IMG/VR virus record: IMGVR_UViG_3300045988_133829
Span: 19,257 to 83,256 of that record
DNA from: a virus
Length of the DNA: 64,000 bases
Reading direction: 5' to 3' (one strand)
This document shows positions 8,150-17,367 of this stretch, in pieces (positions within the stretch are counted from its first letter, which is position 1; every line of letters begins with the position of its first letter). Made by a program: the position numbers and the translations under genes. The notes beneath the pieces were generated by a model, which saw only the letters and a program-made list of their open reading frames with translations, was not told the origin of the DNA and searched no databases.

Positions 8150-8448
8150 AAGAGTTGGAATTGGTTATAAAGGGTCGTGGTGAGACTAAGGGTTTCACTT
8201 TTACTTTGGTGAACAAGTCTCCTTATGCTTATATGTATAGAAGCGTTGACGATTGTGGCGGTAATGTTGTTTATGAAGTTTTCCGTCGTGTTGAGAACAA
8301 GATGTTTGATTGTGTGAGTTATCCCAGTAGCAACGGGTTTGGCGATTCGCTGTACATGGGTAAAACGTATAGGTCTGCCGACCTTGCTGTTCGTTGGTTT
8401 AACCATTTGACAGAGATGGGGCAAAAAAAACAAGGAATTTCTTTGTAG
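8146..8448 (+). CDS. hypothetical protein (100 aa)
   Basis: ORF 8050..8448 trimmed to the internal ATG at 8146, which overlaps the methyltransferase stop (ATGA). Confidence 0.55.
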   Translation: MKELELVIKGRGETKGFTFTLVNKSPYAYMYRSVDDCGGNVVYEVFRRVENKMFDCVSYPSSNGFGDSLYMGKTYRSADLAVRWFNHLTEMGQKKQGISL

Positions 8449-8472
8449 TATTGAAAATGTTCTCTATATTTG
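8442..8472 (+). promoter_or_regulatory. Bacteroides-type promoter (-33 TTTG, -7 TATATTTG)
   Basis: TTTG at 8442-8445 and TATATTTG at 8465-8472, 19-nt spacer; no ORF follows for about 280 nt. Confidence 0.5.
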
Positions 8473-8611
8473 CAGTACTGGTACAGTAGAATTTACTTAT
8501 AAGTGTTTGACAAAAAATGTAGGGGTGATAGTGATATTACCCCTATATATTATCTCTAATTTTTTATTCATTTAAAGGTGTTTGATTACTTTTTTCTTTC
8601 AGTTGAACATG

Positions 8612-8650
8612 GGGACGGGGATGGCTTAGTGAAGCTGTCCCTTGTTTTTT
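8612..8650 (+). terminator. intrinsic terminator-like hairpin plus T tract
   Basis: gggacgg (8612-8618) pairs with ctgtccc (8635-8641), one G-U pair, followed by ttgtttttt. Confidence 0.5.
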
Positions 8651-8692
8651 ATATATGCTAAACGTTAATGTAATGTTAAAGCCTTAATTACA

Positions 8693-8724
8693 TTTGGCGA
8701 TTGCCAATCGCCAATATATCTTTG
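8693..8724 (+). promoter_or_regulatory. promoter (-33 TTTG 8693-8696, -7 TATCTTTG 8717-8724) with embedded 21-bp perfect palindrome (8694-8714)
   Basis: ttggcgattg c caatcgccaa is a perfect 10+1+10 palindrome that fills the -33/-7 spacer. The spacer is 20 nt. It lies 30 nt upstream of the ATG at 8754. Confidence 0.55.
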
Positions 8725-8753
8725 TCAGACGTTAAACTAAAAACATATAAATT

Positions 8754-9017
8754 ATGGAAATGATTAAAGTAAGTTGTTTTGTAGATGTGGAAAATGTGAA
8801 AGCCATCTTGGATTTACCACAAGTAAAAGAGACAGGTGTTTCAAGTGATGATATTAAGGGAATTCAGGAGATTCAGATTGACCCTGATTATCTTCCTTTG
8901 AATGACGATGAAGATCGTATAAAATTTAAGAATAGCATTATTGGTGCAGCCGTTCTTCGTTTGATGCAATGGAAAGAGCAGGAGAAAGATATTAAGAAAG
9001 GAGATAATAATGAATAA
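8754..9017 (+). CDS. hypothetical protein (87 aa)
   Basis: ORF track; first gene after the promoter/operator. Confidence 0.6.
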   Translation: MEMIKVSCFVDVENVKAILDLPQVKETGVSSDDIKGIQEIQIDPDYLPLNDDEDRIKFKNSIIGAAVLRLMQWKEQEKDIKKGDNNE

Positions 9018-9080
9018 TGCTACATATTAGCAGAGACAGTTTTTTATAAAGCATTAGAAAGAGATAAAATTAATAGACTA

Positions 9081-9416
9081 ATGAGTAAATTTAAAGATTT
9101 AGTAGTTGAGGATTCAATCGTACTTTCTGTTAGCGATCCTATTACGACACAAAAGGCTGATAATATCAGTTCTCATGTAAATGTAGGAGTAAATATGAAA
9201 GTGTTTTATTATCCTGATTCTTATCCGTGTATTGATAAAAAATTAAAGGAGATTATTGATTGTATTGAGGATAATAGAGTATATGACAATTTGGTAACTA
9301 TCCGCCATTATGCAGAGATGAATAACCTTGCTAAGGAGACAGTTAGACAGAGAATAAAGAAGGGACTTATCCCTTACGTGTTAATTGATGGTATTTATTT
9401 TGTAAAATATGAATGA
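9081..9416 (+). CDS. hypothetical protein with C-terminal HTH (excisionase/MerR-like)
   Basis: C-terminus VTIRHYAEMNNLAKETVRQRIKKGLIPYVLIDGIYFV fits the short excisionase-type HTH pattern. Confidence 0.55.
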   Translation: MSKFKDLVVEDSIVLSVSDPITTQKADNISSHVNVGVNMKVFYYPDSYPCIDKKLKEIIDCIEDNRVYDNLVTIRHYAEMNNLAKETVRQRIKKGLIPYVLIDGIYFVKYE

Positions 9417-9684
9417 AATGACAGATGAAGAATTGTTGAGAGGTAATGAAATAAAGCTTGAAATAAAATCATTATCAGACAAGATTGAAGTATTATATGC
9501 TCATAAAGAAGGAACAAAATCAACCGTCTTTAATGATTCTGAAATAAAAATACACAATAATTCAAGTCTTGTACGCGATTTATTTATTTTAAATAATAGT
9601 GAAGTGATAGATATATTGGATTTTTTGATAGAAAGAACGAGAGCGAAATTAAAAAAATTAGAAGAAGAATTTGAAAACTTATGA
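9409..9684 (+). CDS. hypothetical protein (91 aa)
   Basis: ORF track; overlaps neighbours by a few nt. Confidence 0.55.
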   Translation: MNEMTDEELLRGNEIKLEIKSLSDKIEVLYAHKEGTKSTVFNDSEIKIHNNSSLVRDLFILNNSEVIDILDFLIERTRAKLKKLEEEFENL

Positions 9685-9860
9685 AACCAGAAAATTTAAA
9701 GAAGTTAGAAGAAACCATTAACAAAATGGACGAAATGTATGAGAACCAATTAAAGCCATACATCTCAATATCTAGCCAAGCGGGTGAAGCAGCCAGTTTC
9801 TTGGTAGATAGAATGAATGAACTAATCGCTATCTATAACGATGAAGGAGGTGATAAATAA
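9681..9860 (+). CDS. hypothetical protein (59 aa, just below cutoff)
   Basis: Hand translation MKPENLKKLEETINKMDEMYENQLKPYISISSQAGEAASFLVDRMNELIAIYNDEGGDK; ATGA overlap upstream and TAATG overlap downstream. Confidence 0.45.
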   Translation: MKPENLKKLEETINKMDEMYENQLKPYISISSQAGEAASFLVDRMNELIAIYNDEGGDK

Positions 9861-10033
9861 TGAATCTTTCCTTTTGTCTTGGTTTAAACTGTAGGATTAA
9901 GAGTCAATGTCTTAGATATGTTCTAGGAGAGAAATGGTCTTATGATTTCTCAATAATGCAATACTCTCATAATTTTGTAGAACCTGCATATAACGGTTCA
10001 TATTGTGAAAACTATATAAAGATAACAGAATGA
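9860..10033 (+). CDS. hypothetical Cys-rich small protein (57 aa, below cutoff)
   Basis: Hand translation MNLSFCLGLNCRIKSQCLRYVLGEKWSYDFSIMQYSHNFVEPAYNGSYCENYIKITE; stop overlaps the clamp ATG as ATGA. Confidence 0.45.
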   Translation: MNLSFCLGLNCRIKSQCLRYVLGEKWSYDFSIMQYSHNFVEPAYNGSYCENYIKITE

Positions 10034-11130
10034 AGATTAAGTTTAATAAGAAGGATTTTTTGAAAGCTATTAAGATTGGTGGGTGTTTCGCTTCAAAAAG
10101 AACACCTCTCCCAATTTTACGATGTATTAAAGTCACAGTGACAGATAATTCATGTTGGATTCTGTCTTATGATGAACAGAATGCGATAAAGACTAATTTT
10201 GGATTAGAAAATCATTATGATTTGATTGACTTTTGTATTGAAAAGGATGACATTGAAAGATATGTTTCTCTTTTGTCAGAGGATTATTTTGAATTGGATA
10301 TAAATAACGAATCATTGACAGCTGTCGCTTCCACATCAGATAGTACTATGACTTTTCCTCTTTTCAATGTTGATGAATTCCCCTCATTGGCAGTTGAAGT
10401 GCAAAGTGATACCTTTGAATTGGATGCTGGGTTATTTGGATATTGGGTACAAAAGGCTTCTCCATTTTTGGATACAGATGAATTTCAATTAAATCATGAG
10501 CATTTACATTTTTTCATTAAAGAAAAAACATTAGATGTTTTTGCATTTAATTTTGATAAGATGTATCATGATAGTTCTTCTGTGGATTTTGATGGAGAAT
10601 TAAAAATGAGTATTAACCGCAGTTCATTTATGGGACTTCGTAATGCTTTGTCCAATGAAAAGAAGGTTACAATTAAGAATGGAGAAAAAAACATTGTAGT
10701 TATTGGTGATAATACTATGTTGCTTATCCGAAAGCGTGAGTTTAACCCATTAGACTTTTATATGCTTTTAAAGTATAAGCCTTTGTTTGAAGTAGAAGTA
10801 GATAAAGAACGCCTAACTTCTGTAGTTTTAAGAGCAATGAATGTACATGATGATACGAAAACTGGGACGTTAACCATTAACTTTGATGAAAATGGATTAA
10901 CACTTGTATCTGAAAGACCGGAAGTTAAGAAGAAACTAAAAGAAACTATTCAGGCAACAGGTGCTAAAGAATTTAAACAGACATATATATTGTCAAAGCT
11001 AATTCTTGCATTAAATGCTATATCATCAGACAAGGTAGTCCTTCGTCCTTGTGGTACTAATGCGCTATTTGAGATAGGTAATACTGAATATACAACTGAA
11101 AGTGGATATGTATCCCCTTGTAGAGATTAA
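10030..11130 (+). CDS. dnaN: DNA polymerase III beta subunit-like sliding clamp (366 aa)
   Basis: N-terminus MKIKFNKKDFLKAIKIGGCFASKRTPLPILRCIKVTV matches the DnaN signature (R.TLPIL); length is typical of bacterial beta clamps. Confidence 0.8.
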   Translation: MKIKFNKKDFLKAIKIGGCFASKRTPLPILRCIKVTVTDNSCWILSYDEQNAIKTNFGLENHYDLIDFCIEKDDIERYVSLLSEDYFELDINNESLTAVASTSDSTMTFPLFNVDEFPSLAVEVQSDTFELDAGLFGYWVQKASPFLDTDEFQLNHEHLHFFIKEKTLDVFAFNFDKMYHDSSSVDFDGELKMSINRSSFMGLRNALSNEKKVTIKNGEKNIVVIGDNTMLLIRKREFNPLDFYMLLKYKPLFEVEVDKERLTSVVLRAMNVHDDTKTGTLTINFDENGLTLVSERPEVKKKLKETIQATGAKEFKQTYILSKLILALNAISSDKVVLRPCGTNALFEIGNTEYTTESGYVSPCRD

Positions 11131-11206
11131 AGATATTGATTCAGAAAGTGAAATGGAAACTAAAATGTTAATTGCAGCTCTTGTCGCAATGAAAATACAC
11201 AAAAGG

Positions 11207-11237
11207 TTGGAGGATTAAAAATAAAACTTTATATTTG
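11207..11237 (+). promoter_or_regulatory. candidate promoter (-7 TATATTTG 11230-11237, partial -33 TTG 11207-11209)
   Basis: Motif read directly; followed by a short structured leader and a terminator. Confidence 0.4.
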
Positions 11238-11284
11238 TAATCCTATCCCTCACTTGGGATTATTACAATCATGAGTAATTGAGT

Positions 11285-11319
11285 AAGCCGGAAGCCGCCT
11301 ATTATTCCGGCTTATTTTT
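11285..11319 (+). terminator. intrinsic terminator (9-bp stem plus T5)
   Basis: aagccggaa (11285-11293) pairs with ttccggctt (11305-11313), followed by attttt. Confidence 0.65.
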
Positions 11320-11369
11320 CACCTCGTGTTGTTGCAGGTAAAACATATAACATTATAAATAAATTGGAT

Positions 11370-11510
11370 ATGAAAAAGAAATTAGTAAAAGTATCAAATT
11401 ACGCTCATGCAACAGGATTGTCTGCTGTTCATGTATATCGTCTCATTAAACAAGGTAAGATCAAATCAGAAAATATTGATGGAGTTATATTTGTTGTAAA
11501 GGAGGATTAG
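11370..11510 (+). CDS. small HTH DNA-binding protein (46 aa, below cutoff)
   Basis: Hand translation MKKKLVKVSNYAHATGLSAVHVYRLIKQGKIKSENIDGVIFVVKED; excisionase/MerR-type HTH pattern; ends 2 nt before the next ATG. Confidence 0.5.
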   Translation: MKKKLVKVSNYAHATGLSAVHVYRLIKQGKIKSENIDGVIFVVKED

Positions 11511-11512
11511 TT

Positions 11513-12358
11513 ATGGCATTGAGTAATAATCCGTATTTACCTCTATATATACAGGATTTTATGACAGATGAAAAACTAGCAGAATGTAGTCCTCATGCAA
11601 CAGGGGTATATATTCGTATAATGTGTCTACTTCATAAATGCGAAATATATGGAAAGTTTTTGCTTAACCAAAACTACAAGCAAAGTTCTAACCAAATTTT
11701 TAATTTTGCTTGTAACTTTGCTAGACATTTGCCGTATACAACAGAAGAAATTGAAAGAGGCTTAATAGAACTTATTAATAATCATGTGTTGTATATTGAA
11801 GGTGATTATCTATGTCAAAAAAGAATGGTAAAAGACGGAGAAATAAGTCTAAAAAGGGTTTTGGCAGGTTCTAAGGGTGGAAATCCCAATCTTAAAAAGA
11901 GTAAAGTTTGCTTAACCAAATCTCCAAGCAAAAGCTCAAGCAAAAATGAAGCAAAGCTTCAAGCAAACTCTGATAATGAAATTGATAATGATAATGATAT
12001 TAATATTAATGATAATATAGAGAATAAGAAAGAGGGTTTAAGGGAGGAAGAAAAGGAGAAGAAGAAGAAACTAACTTTTTCAGAAGATGTCGAATATCTG
12101 TATTCTCTCTATCCATCAAAATGTCCGAAGAGGAATATGGGGACTGGCAAAAGTTCTAATGACAAGAAGAAGCTGGAATCTTTGCTAAAAACGATACCCA
12201 AAGAGGAATTGGAGTTTACTATAAAATCCTATGTAGAAGAAAGTTTAAGAAATGATAGTTTTTTGAAGAATTTTTCTACATTGCTCAATAACTTGCCGGA
12301 CATGGGATATTTGAAAGAACAACCAATCATTAAAGCTCAAACGAGCAAATATAGATGA
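11513..12358 (+). CDS. DUF1376-family protein (putative replication-associated)
   Basis: N-terminus NPYLPLYIQDFMTDEKLAECSPHATGVYIRIMCLL fits the DUF1376 pattern; sits immediately upstream of the primase-helicase. Confidence 0.6.
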   Translation: MALSNNPYLPLYIQDFMTDEKLAECSPHATGVYIRIMCLLHKCEIYGKFLLNQNYKQSSNQIFNFACNFARHLPYTTEEIERGLIELINNHVLYIEGDYLCQKRMVKDGEISLKRVLAGSKGGNPNLKKSKVCLTKSPSKSSSKNEAKLQANSDNEIDNDNDININDNIENKKEGLREEEKEKKKKLTFSEDVEYLYSLYPSKCPKRNMGTGKSSNDKKKLESLLKTIPKEELEFTIKSYVEESLRNDSFLKNFSTLLNNLPDMGYLKEQPIIKAQTSKYR

Positions 12359-12390
12359 TTGTTGATTATTAATTCAAAACGAATAAATAT

Positions 12391-14493
12391 ATGAATGAAC
12401 CAATGATACGTAAATGGTACGATATATTCAAACATAACCATGAGCTTGTTGAGATTCGTATTGTTGACAATAATAAAAAAGGCACATATTCAGGATATTT
12501 TACGGATATTGATACTCTTCTTAATGCTATCAGGCGTTATGATGATTGTAATATTTATTTCACTCTTAATTCTATATTAGATTCATGTTATTCACGTGAA
12601 CAGAGAGATAGAATAGTGACTAGACCAAAATCTACAACATCAGATGCTGAAATTATTGGTAGAGATTGGTGTTTGATAGATATAGACTGCGAGAAGCCAT
12701 CTGATACCAATTCTACTGATGAAGAGAAAGAAGCTGCCAAAGCTGTAGTAAATGATGTATTCAAATTTTTAAGAGATGAAGGATTTACTAAACCAATTGT
12801 TTGTGACAGTGCCAATGGCTTTCATCTGTTGATAAATATGAATATGGCTAATACTCCTGAAAATACTCAAACTATGAAGGATTTTCTACAAGTATTAGAT
12901 ATGCTTTTTTCTACAGAAAAAGTAAAAGTAGATACAAGTACTTTTAATGCTAGTCGAATATGTAAATTATATGGTTGTTATAGTAGGAAGGGGAGTGATA
13001 CACCTGAACGACCTCAACGTGAAAGCAAAATATTAAAAATACCTGACGAAATAAAACCTACCCCAAATGAGTTTTTTGAAAAGGTAGCCGCCATGCTTCC
13101 TAAGCCGGAACAACCGAACAGGGCTAACAACTATCAACCGACTCAATTTGATTTACAGGAATTTTTAACCAAGTATGGAATAAAAGTCAGAAATATAGTA
13201 AAAACAACATCTTTTACTAAGTATGTATTAGAAGAGTGTCCATTTAATAGTTCACATCGTGCGCCTGATTCAGCTATTTTTGAAATGGCAGGTGGAGGAT
13301 TTGGATTCAAATGCTTGCATTCGAGTTGCAGCGGATATACTTGGAAAGATTTTCGTTTACATTTTGACCCTAATGCCTATACTAAATCAGACTATGTTGA
13401 ATATCAAAGTAAAGCGCATAGACCTTATTTCCATAATCGTGAAAAAGAGGAATTTGTTCCTATAGGTGAAACGGAAGATAAGGGGAAGAAATGGCTTGCG
13501 ATGAAGGATATTCAATATGTGGATATGAATAATATACCACGTATGCCTACTGGATATAGGGTTTTAGATAAAAATATCGGAGGTCTATTGTTTGGAGAAG
13601 TGACATTGGTATCAGGAAGTAATAGCTCTGGTAAATCTTCTTGGTTGAACAATTTATCTTTGAATATAATCAACTACGGATATAAAGTAGCAATATGGTC
13701 TGGGGAATTAGTGGCTTCTCGATTGAAAGGGTGGATTAACCAACTTGCAGCTGGGAAAAACTATGTCCAGAAAGTACAAGGGTATGATGAATTTTATTAT
13801 GCTCCAAAACATATTTCTGACCGTATAGATAGTTGGACGGATGGAAAGTTATTCCTCTATAATAACAAATATGGAACACGTTGGAAGCAATTAATGAGCG
13901 ATATTACAAATCTGATTGAAACTGAAGGTGTAAACTTAGTCGTAATTGATAATCTGATGACTCTTAACTTAGAGGATTACGAAGGAGACAACAATAAGAA
14001 ACAAAGCCAGTTCATATTGGCTATTTGTGATTTCGCTAAAAAATATAATGTTCATATTATACTTGTAGCTCACCCTCGTAAACAGACTGACTTCCTTAGA
14101 AAAGAATCTATTTCAGGTTCAGCCGATTTAACTAATGCAGTGGATAACTGTTTTATTATTCATCGTGTAAACAAGGATTTTGAAACGCGTGGGAAAGATT
14201 TTTTTGGAACGGTTAAGATAGCAGAAATGCTCCAATACGGCAACGTGCTAGAGGTGTGCAAAAACAGAAGCTTCGGAAAGGTAGATTTGTTATGTGGTAT
14301 GTACTATGAGATTGAAACAAGACGTTTTAAAAATGATATTGCAGAAAACATAAATTATAATTGGCAAGAAGAACCAAAGCCTATCCCTCTTATGCAAAAT
14401 AGAGAGCCGGAAATAGATGACATGAGTGATTATCAACAGTATTATTATGACGATGACAATGTATTTAAGGAAAGAGATACTTGTCCATTTTAA
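12391..14493 (+). CDS. bifunctional primase-polymerase / DnaB-like helicase (700 aa)
   Basis: AEP-type motifs (CLIDIDCEKP, ANGFHLL), a Zn-binding CPFNSSH...FKCLHSSC, then Walker A GSNSSGKSS and Walker B LVVIDNLM with AHPRK. Confidence 0.85.
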   Translation: MNEPMIRKWYDIFKHNHELVEIRIVDNNKKGTYSGYFTDIDTLLNAIRRYDDCNIYFTLNSILDSCYSREQRDRIVTRPKSTTSDAEIIGRDWCLIDIDCEKPSDTNSTDEEKEAAKAVVNDVFKFLRDEGFTKPIVCDSANGFHLLINMNMANTPENTQTMKDFLQVLDMLFSTEKVKVDTSTFNASRICKLYGCYSRKGSDTPERPQRESKILKIPDEIKPTPNEFFEKVAAMLPKPEQPNRANNYQPTQFDLQEFLTKYGIKVRNIVKTTSFTKYVLEECPFNSSHRAPDSAIFEMAGGGFGFKCLHSSCSGYTWKDFRLHFDPNAYTKSDYVEYQSKAHRPYFHNREKEEFVPIGETEDKGKKWLAMKDIQYVDMNNIPRMPTGYRVLDKNIGGLLFGEVTLVSGSNSSGKSSWLNNLSLNIINYGYKVAIWSGELVASRLKGWINQLAAGKNYVQKVQGYDEFYYAPKHISDRIDSWTDGKLFLYNNKYGTRWKQLMSDITNLIETEGVNLVVIDNLMTLNLEDYEGDNNKKQSQFILAICDFAKKYNVHIILVAHPRKQTDFLRKESISGSADLTNAVDNCFIIHRVNKDFETRGKDFFGTVKIAEMLQYGNVLEVCKNRSFGKVDLLCGMYYEIETRRFKNDIAENINYNWQEEPKPIPLMQNREPEIDDMSDYQQYYYDDDNVFKERDTCPF

Positions 14494-14504
14494 AATAAAC
14501 GATT

Positions 14505-14828
14505 ATGAATAGAAGAGCTAAAAAGTATATTCAAGATAATACTTTAGATTTGAATAAAAATGAGCGAATGGACACAACAGGATATGTATCTTTAGCGGTG
14601 TCTATTGGCAAAGCGTATGGAGCATTAGCTATAGTAGAAGATGATATGATAGAAAAGGCTATTGATTCATATATTGATACTTGTGGAAATCGTATATATG
14701 GCGTATGTTCTACTATTAGGTCACGTCATCCTTTTGGGGAAGGAGGATATTCACATGGTTATTGTTTGGGTCGTGATTGTTTATTAGTAAAAGAATTTAT
14801 TGAAAAATTAAATGAGGATGAAAAATAA
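14505..14828 (+). CDS. hypothetical protein (107 aa)
   Basis: ORF track; co-oriented. Confidence 0.55.
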   Translation: MNRRAKKYIQDNTLDLNKNERMDTTGYVSLAVSIGKAYGALAIVEDDMIEKAIDSYIDTCGNRIYGVCSTIRSRHPFGEGGYSHGYCLGRDCLLVKEFIEKLNEDEK

Positions 14829-15222
14829 AATACATTGTTTTATAAATCACATATATCCGAGAAAGTTATATGTAGTTATAACGGATTCAGCTTTATTTTT
14901 AAATCAGCATTTTACAAATAGGGAATGTGATAAAGGAATTTCACAAGAAGAATTTGACAATAATAAAGCAATAACTTTCAGATGTACTTATTATGTAAAT
15001 GGAGATTATGGAGTATGTGTTGCCTTTCATAAAAAGGAATATATGACTGTAAGAGAAATAGCACACGAAGCATTGCATGTAGCTACCGCCATACACAAGG
15101 ATTTAGGAATGTCTATGGGTTTTGATATAGGAGAGGATGAGACTTGTGCATATATTGTAGGTTGGGCTGCCGATTGTATTAATAGAGTTAAAACTAATAA
15201 TTTTGATTATGAAAAGATTTAA
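14812..15222 (+). CDS. hypothetical protein with HExxH motif (HEALH)
   Basis: REIAHEALHVATAI contains a zinc-metallopeptidase-type HExxH; no further family assignment possible. Confidence 0.55.
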   Translation: MRMKNKIHCFINHIYPRKLYVVITDSALFLNQHFTNRECDKGISQEEFDNNKAITFRCTYYVNGDYGVCVAFHKKEYMTVREIAHEALHVATAIHKDLGMSMGFDIGEDETCAYIVGWAADCINRVKTNNFDYEKI

Positions 15223-15364
15223 ATACCTAGTAAAAGAATATTATTTAGATAATTTTCCTTCCTATGAACTAAATAATTATGGGGCAGATGGTTGGGAATT
15301 AGTAGAAACAGTAAAGGGAATTAAAAAAGTAGCTTTTATTTTTAAAAAAGAATATAATGAGTAA
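15209..15364 (+). CDS. hypothetical small protein (51 aa, below cutoff)
   Basis: Hand translation MKRFKYLVKEYYLDNFPSYELNNYGADGWELVETVKGIKKVAFIFKKEYNE; overlaps both neighbours. Confidence 0.35.
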   Translation: MKRFKYLVKEYYLDNFPSYELNNYGADGWELVETVKGIKKVAFIFKKEYNE

Positions 15365-15830
15365 GGTCGTTTTTCTTGATTTTGATGGTACTATAACTAC
15401 ACTTAAAAGTAATTGGACTATTGATAATAGCAAGGTTGAGATGGTTAAGCAAATATGTGATGCAACCGGAGCTAAAATAGTTATATCTTCTTCTTGGAGA
15501 AGATATACATTAGAACAGACTATTGAAGCAATCACAAATCAAGAGTCAGCTCGCGGTCATAATCCCTTTCCTTATCCTGAATATATTATTGACATTACTT
15601 CAAGAATGTACGGTTTTAAATATGGAAATAAAGAAAAACATTATGGTTTATGCCGTGGTGTAGAAATAGACCGTTGGTTGTGGGAGCATGAAGATGTGAC
15701 TAATTATGTAATCCTTGATGATGATTCAGATATGTTGCTTTCTCAAAAGAAACATTTCATAAAAACTCATGCTTTGCGAGGCATTTCTAAAAGAGATGTA
15801 GAAAAGGCTATTAAAATTTTGAATAGTTGA
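15357..15830 (+). CDS. HAD-superfamily phosphatase-like protein
   Basis: Motif I VVFLDFDGTI, motif II ISSSWR, motif IV VILDDDSD. Confidence 0.7.
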   Translation: MSKVVFLDFDGTITTLKSNWTIDNSKVEMVKQICDATGAKIVISSSWRRYTLEQTIEAITNQESARGHNPFPYPEYIIDITSRMYGFKYGNKEKHYGLCRGVEIDRWLWEHEDVTNYVILDDDSDMLLSQKKHFIKTHALRGISKRDVEKAIKILNS

Positions 15831-15848
15831 TATTTATCTTTATATTTG
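15818..15848 (+). promoter_or_regulatory. Bacteroides-type promoter (-33 TTTG, -7 TATATTTG)
   Basis: TTTG at 15818-15821 and TATATTTG at 15841-15848 (19-nt spacer), 20 nt upstream of the ATG at 15868. Confidence 0.5.
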
Positions 15849-15867
15849 TCCCAAATATGAGGATTTT

Positions 15868-16398
15868 ATGATAGACTTAAAGCAATTTAAAGATAATGCA
15901 ATCGCAAAAGGGTTGTGTGATAATTACACAGAAAGGTGGGCTGATGGTAAAAGCAAAAGGCAATTATTTGAGCTTGCTTGCGATGTAAACTCTATAAAGT
16001 ACATGGCTAAGTCTCTTTCCGAAGGATGGGGGCTTAGTCCTGTTTTTATTAGTGACAAATTCAAGGCTTACATAAATGGTAAATATATATGTGAGTATAA
16101 GAATGAAAAAAGAGGTTGCTATACGAGTGCAATGCTTTGCAATTATTATAAAGAATCTTTTTATGTAGACACGACATTGCTTTGTATATTAGAATCTAAA
16201 ACAGCCCTAGATATTAAACCTAATCATATATGCGAGATATACGTTGCCGGAAATACCTATTTGGATATTCAAGTAGGGGAAAACAGCAAGGTATATCTTT
16301 TTGTATATGGGGGAGAACCTTTTATTACAGGAGATATAGATAAAAATAAAGTAATCATTAAAAGGTATATTGATGAAAAGGAGGTAACTAATGTCTGA
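15868..16398 (+). CDS. hypothetical protein (176 aa)
   Basis: ORF track. Confidence 0.6.
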   Translation: MIDLKQFKDNAIAKGLCDNYTERWADGKSKRQLFELACDVNSIKYMAKSLSEGWGLSPVFISDKFKAYINGKYICEYKNEKRGCYTSAMLCNYYKESFYVDTTLLCILESKTALDIKPNHICEIYVAGNTYLDIQVGENSKVYLFVYGGEPFITGDIDKNKVIIKRYIDEKEVTNV

Positions 16399-16840
16399 TT
16401 ACAAATGCTATATGCGTAGAGTTGACATCGCTGGTCAACCAGAAATGGACTTGGAGAAAAATTTTAAAGGTTTAATATATAAGGAATTTACAGGATTGGA
16501 TTCTTATGGTAAGATAAAATCAGTATATACTGAAGAATTTGCCGAGACTGACGAATTACAAGTGTATCAGAATCCTACTCCTATTAGAGAAAATACAGAT
16601 TTGACGTTTACCTGTATATTCACAGGTAATGATAGAAGGAATGTGTATCATTCTTTTGTTGATTTTATAAGTAAGGGTAAGATTCAATATTGGGATAACA
16701 TTAGAAACAGAAAGGTTACTTTCATTTTGATTGAAGCTATTGAGCCTAGCGATGATAAATTATATGGGTCAACACCTTATATCATCGCTTCTTTTAAGTT
16801 GAAAAATATCAAAGGTCAAACAGATGCATTAGAAATTTAA
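16391..16840 (+). CDS. hypothetical protein (149 aa)
   Basis: ORF track; overlaps upstream ORF by 8 nt. Confidence 0.6.
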   Translation: MSDYKCYMRRVDIAGQPEMDLEKNFKGLIYKEFTGLDSYGKIKSVYTEEFAETDELQVYQNPTPIRENTDLTFTCIFTGNDRRNVYHSFVDFISKGKIQYWDNIRNRKVTFILIEAIEPSDDKLYGSTPYIIASFKLKNIKGQTDALEI

Positions 16841-16851
16841 AAAAAATAATT

Positions 16852-17367
16852 ATGAGAACATTAGAAGAAGTAAAAAAGCATTTAGAAAAAACGGTTTATG
16901 GTAGAAATGAACAAGAAAATATTCTTGGATTTCTTGTAGGAAAAGGTATTCTTAATTTTGATGATTTTGAATTAGACTTCGCAGGTAATGAAGAAAAAGA
17001 TTTCAAGGATTTTATCGAATGGTTCAATAAAGAAGATCTGAAAGTCAAAGCTTATCAAAATGGAGAATGGAAAGAAGTCAATTTTGATGAAATGATAGAG
17101 AGTCTAAATGATTTCAAACCTGTAATTTACGAAAAAGTTCTTTCAGACAGTATGTTTGAAAAAATAATGAAAGAATTAGGCATTGGAGATAATGATAACT
17201 CGAAAAAATCTAATAAATATAAAGAAAGAGAATTGTCTATTTTGGACTCTATGGGATTAGATAAAATAAATCCTTTGGCTTTATCAACCGAAGCTTTGAA
17301 GGCTGTAAATGAGCTTTTACAGCGAAGGAATGAATTAGAAAAAGAACTTAATGAAACAGTGGATTAA
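16852..17367 (+). CDS. hypothetical protein (171 aa)
   Basis: ORF track. Confidence 0.6.
   Translation: MRTLEEVKKHLEKTVYGRNEQENILGFLVGKGILNFDDFELDFAGNEEKDFKDFIEWFNKEDLKVKAYQNGEWKEVNFDEMIESLNDFKPVIYEKVLSDSMFEKIMKELGIGDNDNSKKSNKYKERELSILDSMGLDKINPLALSTEALKAVNELLQRRNELEKELNETVD

Noticed and set aside
7068-8433. Minus-strand ORFs 7068..7733, 7505..7699 and 8074..8433
   Set aside because: They are antisense to the methyltransferase and the following gene, which carry clear motifs. They are shadow ORFs.
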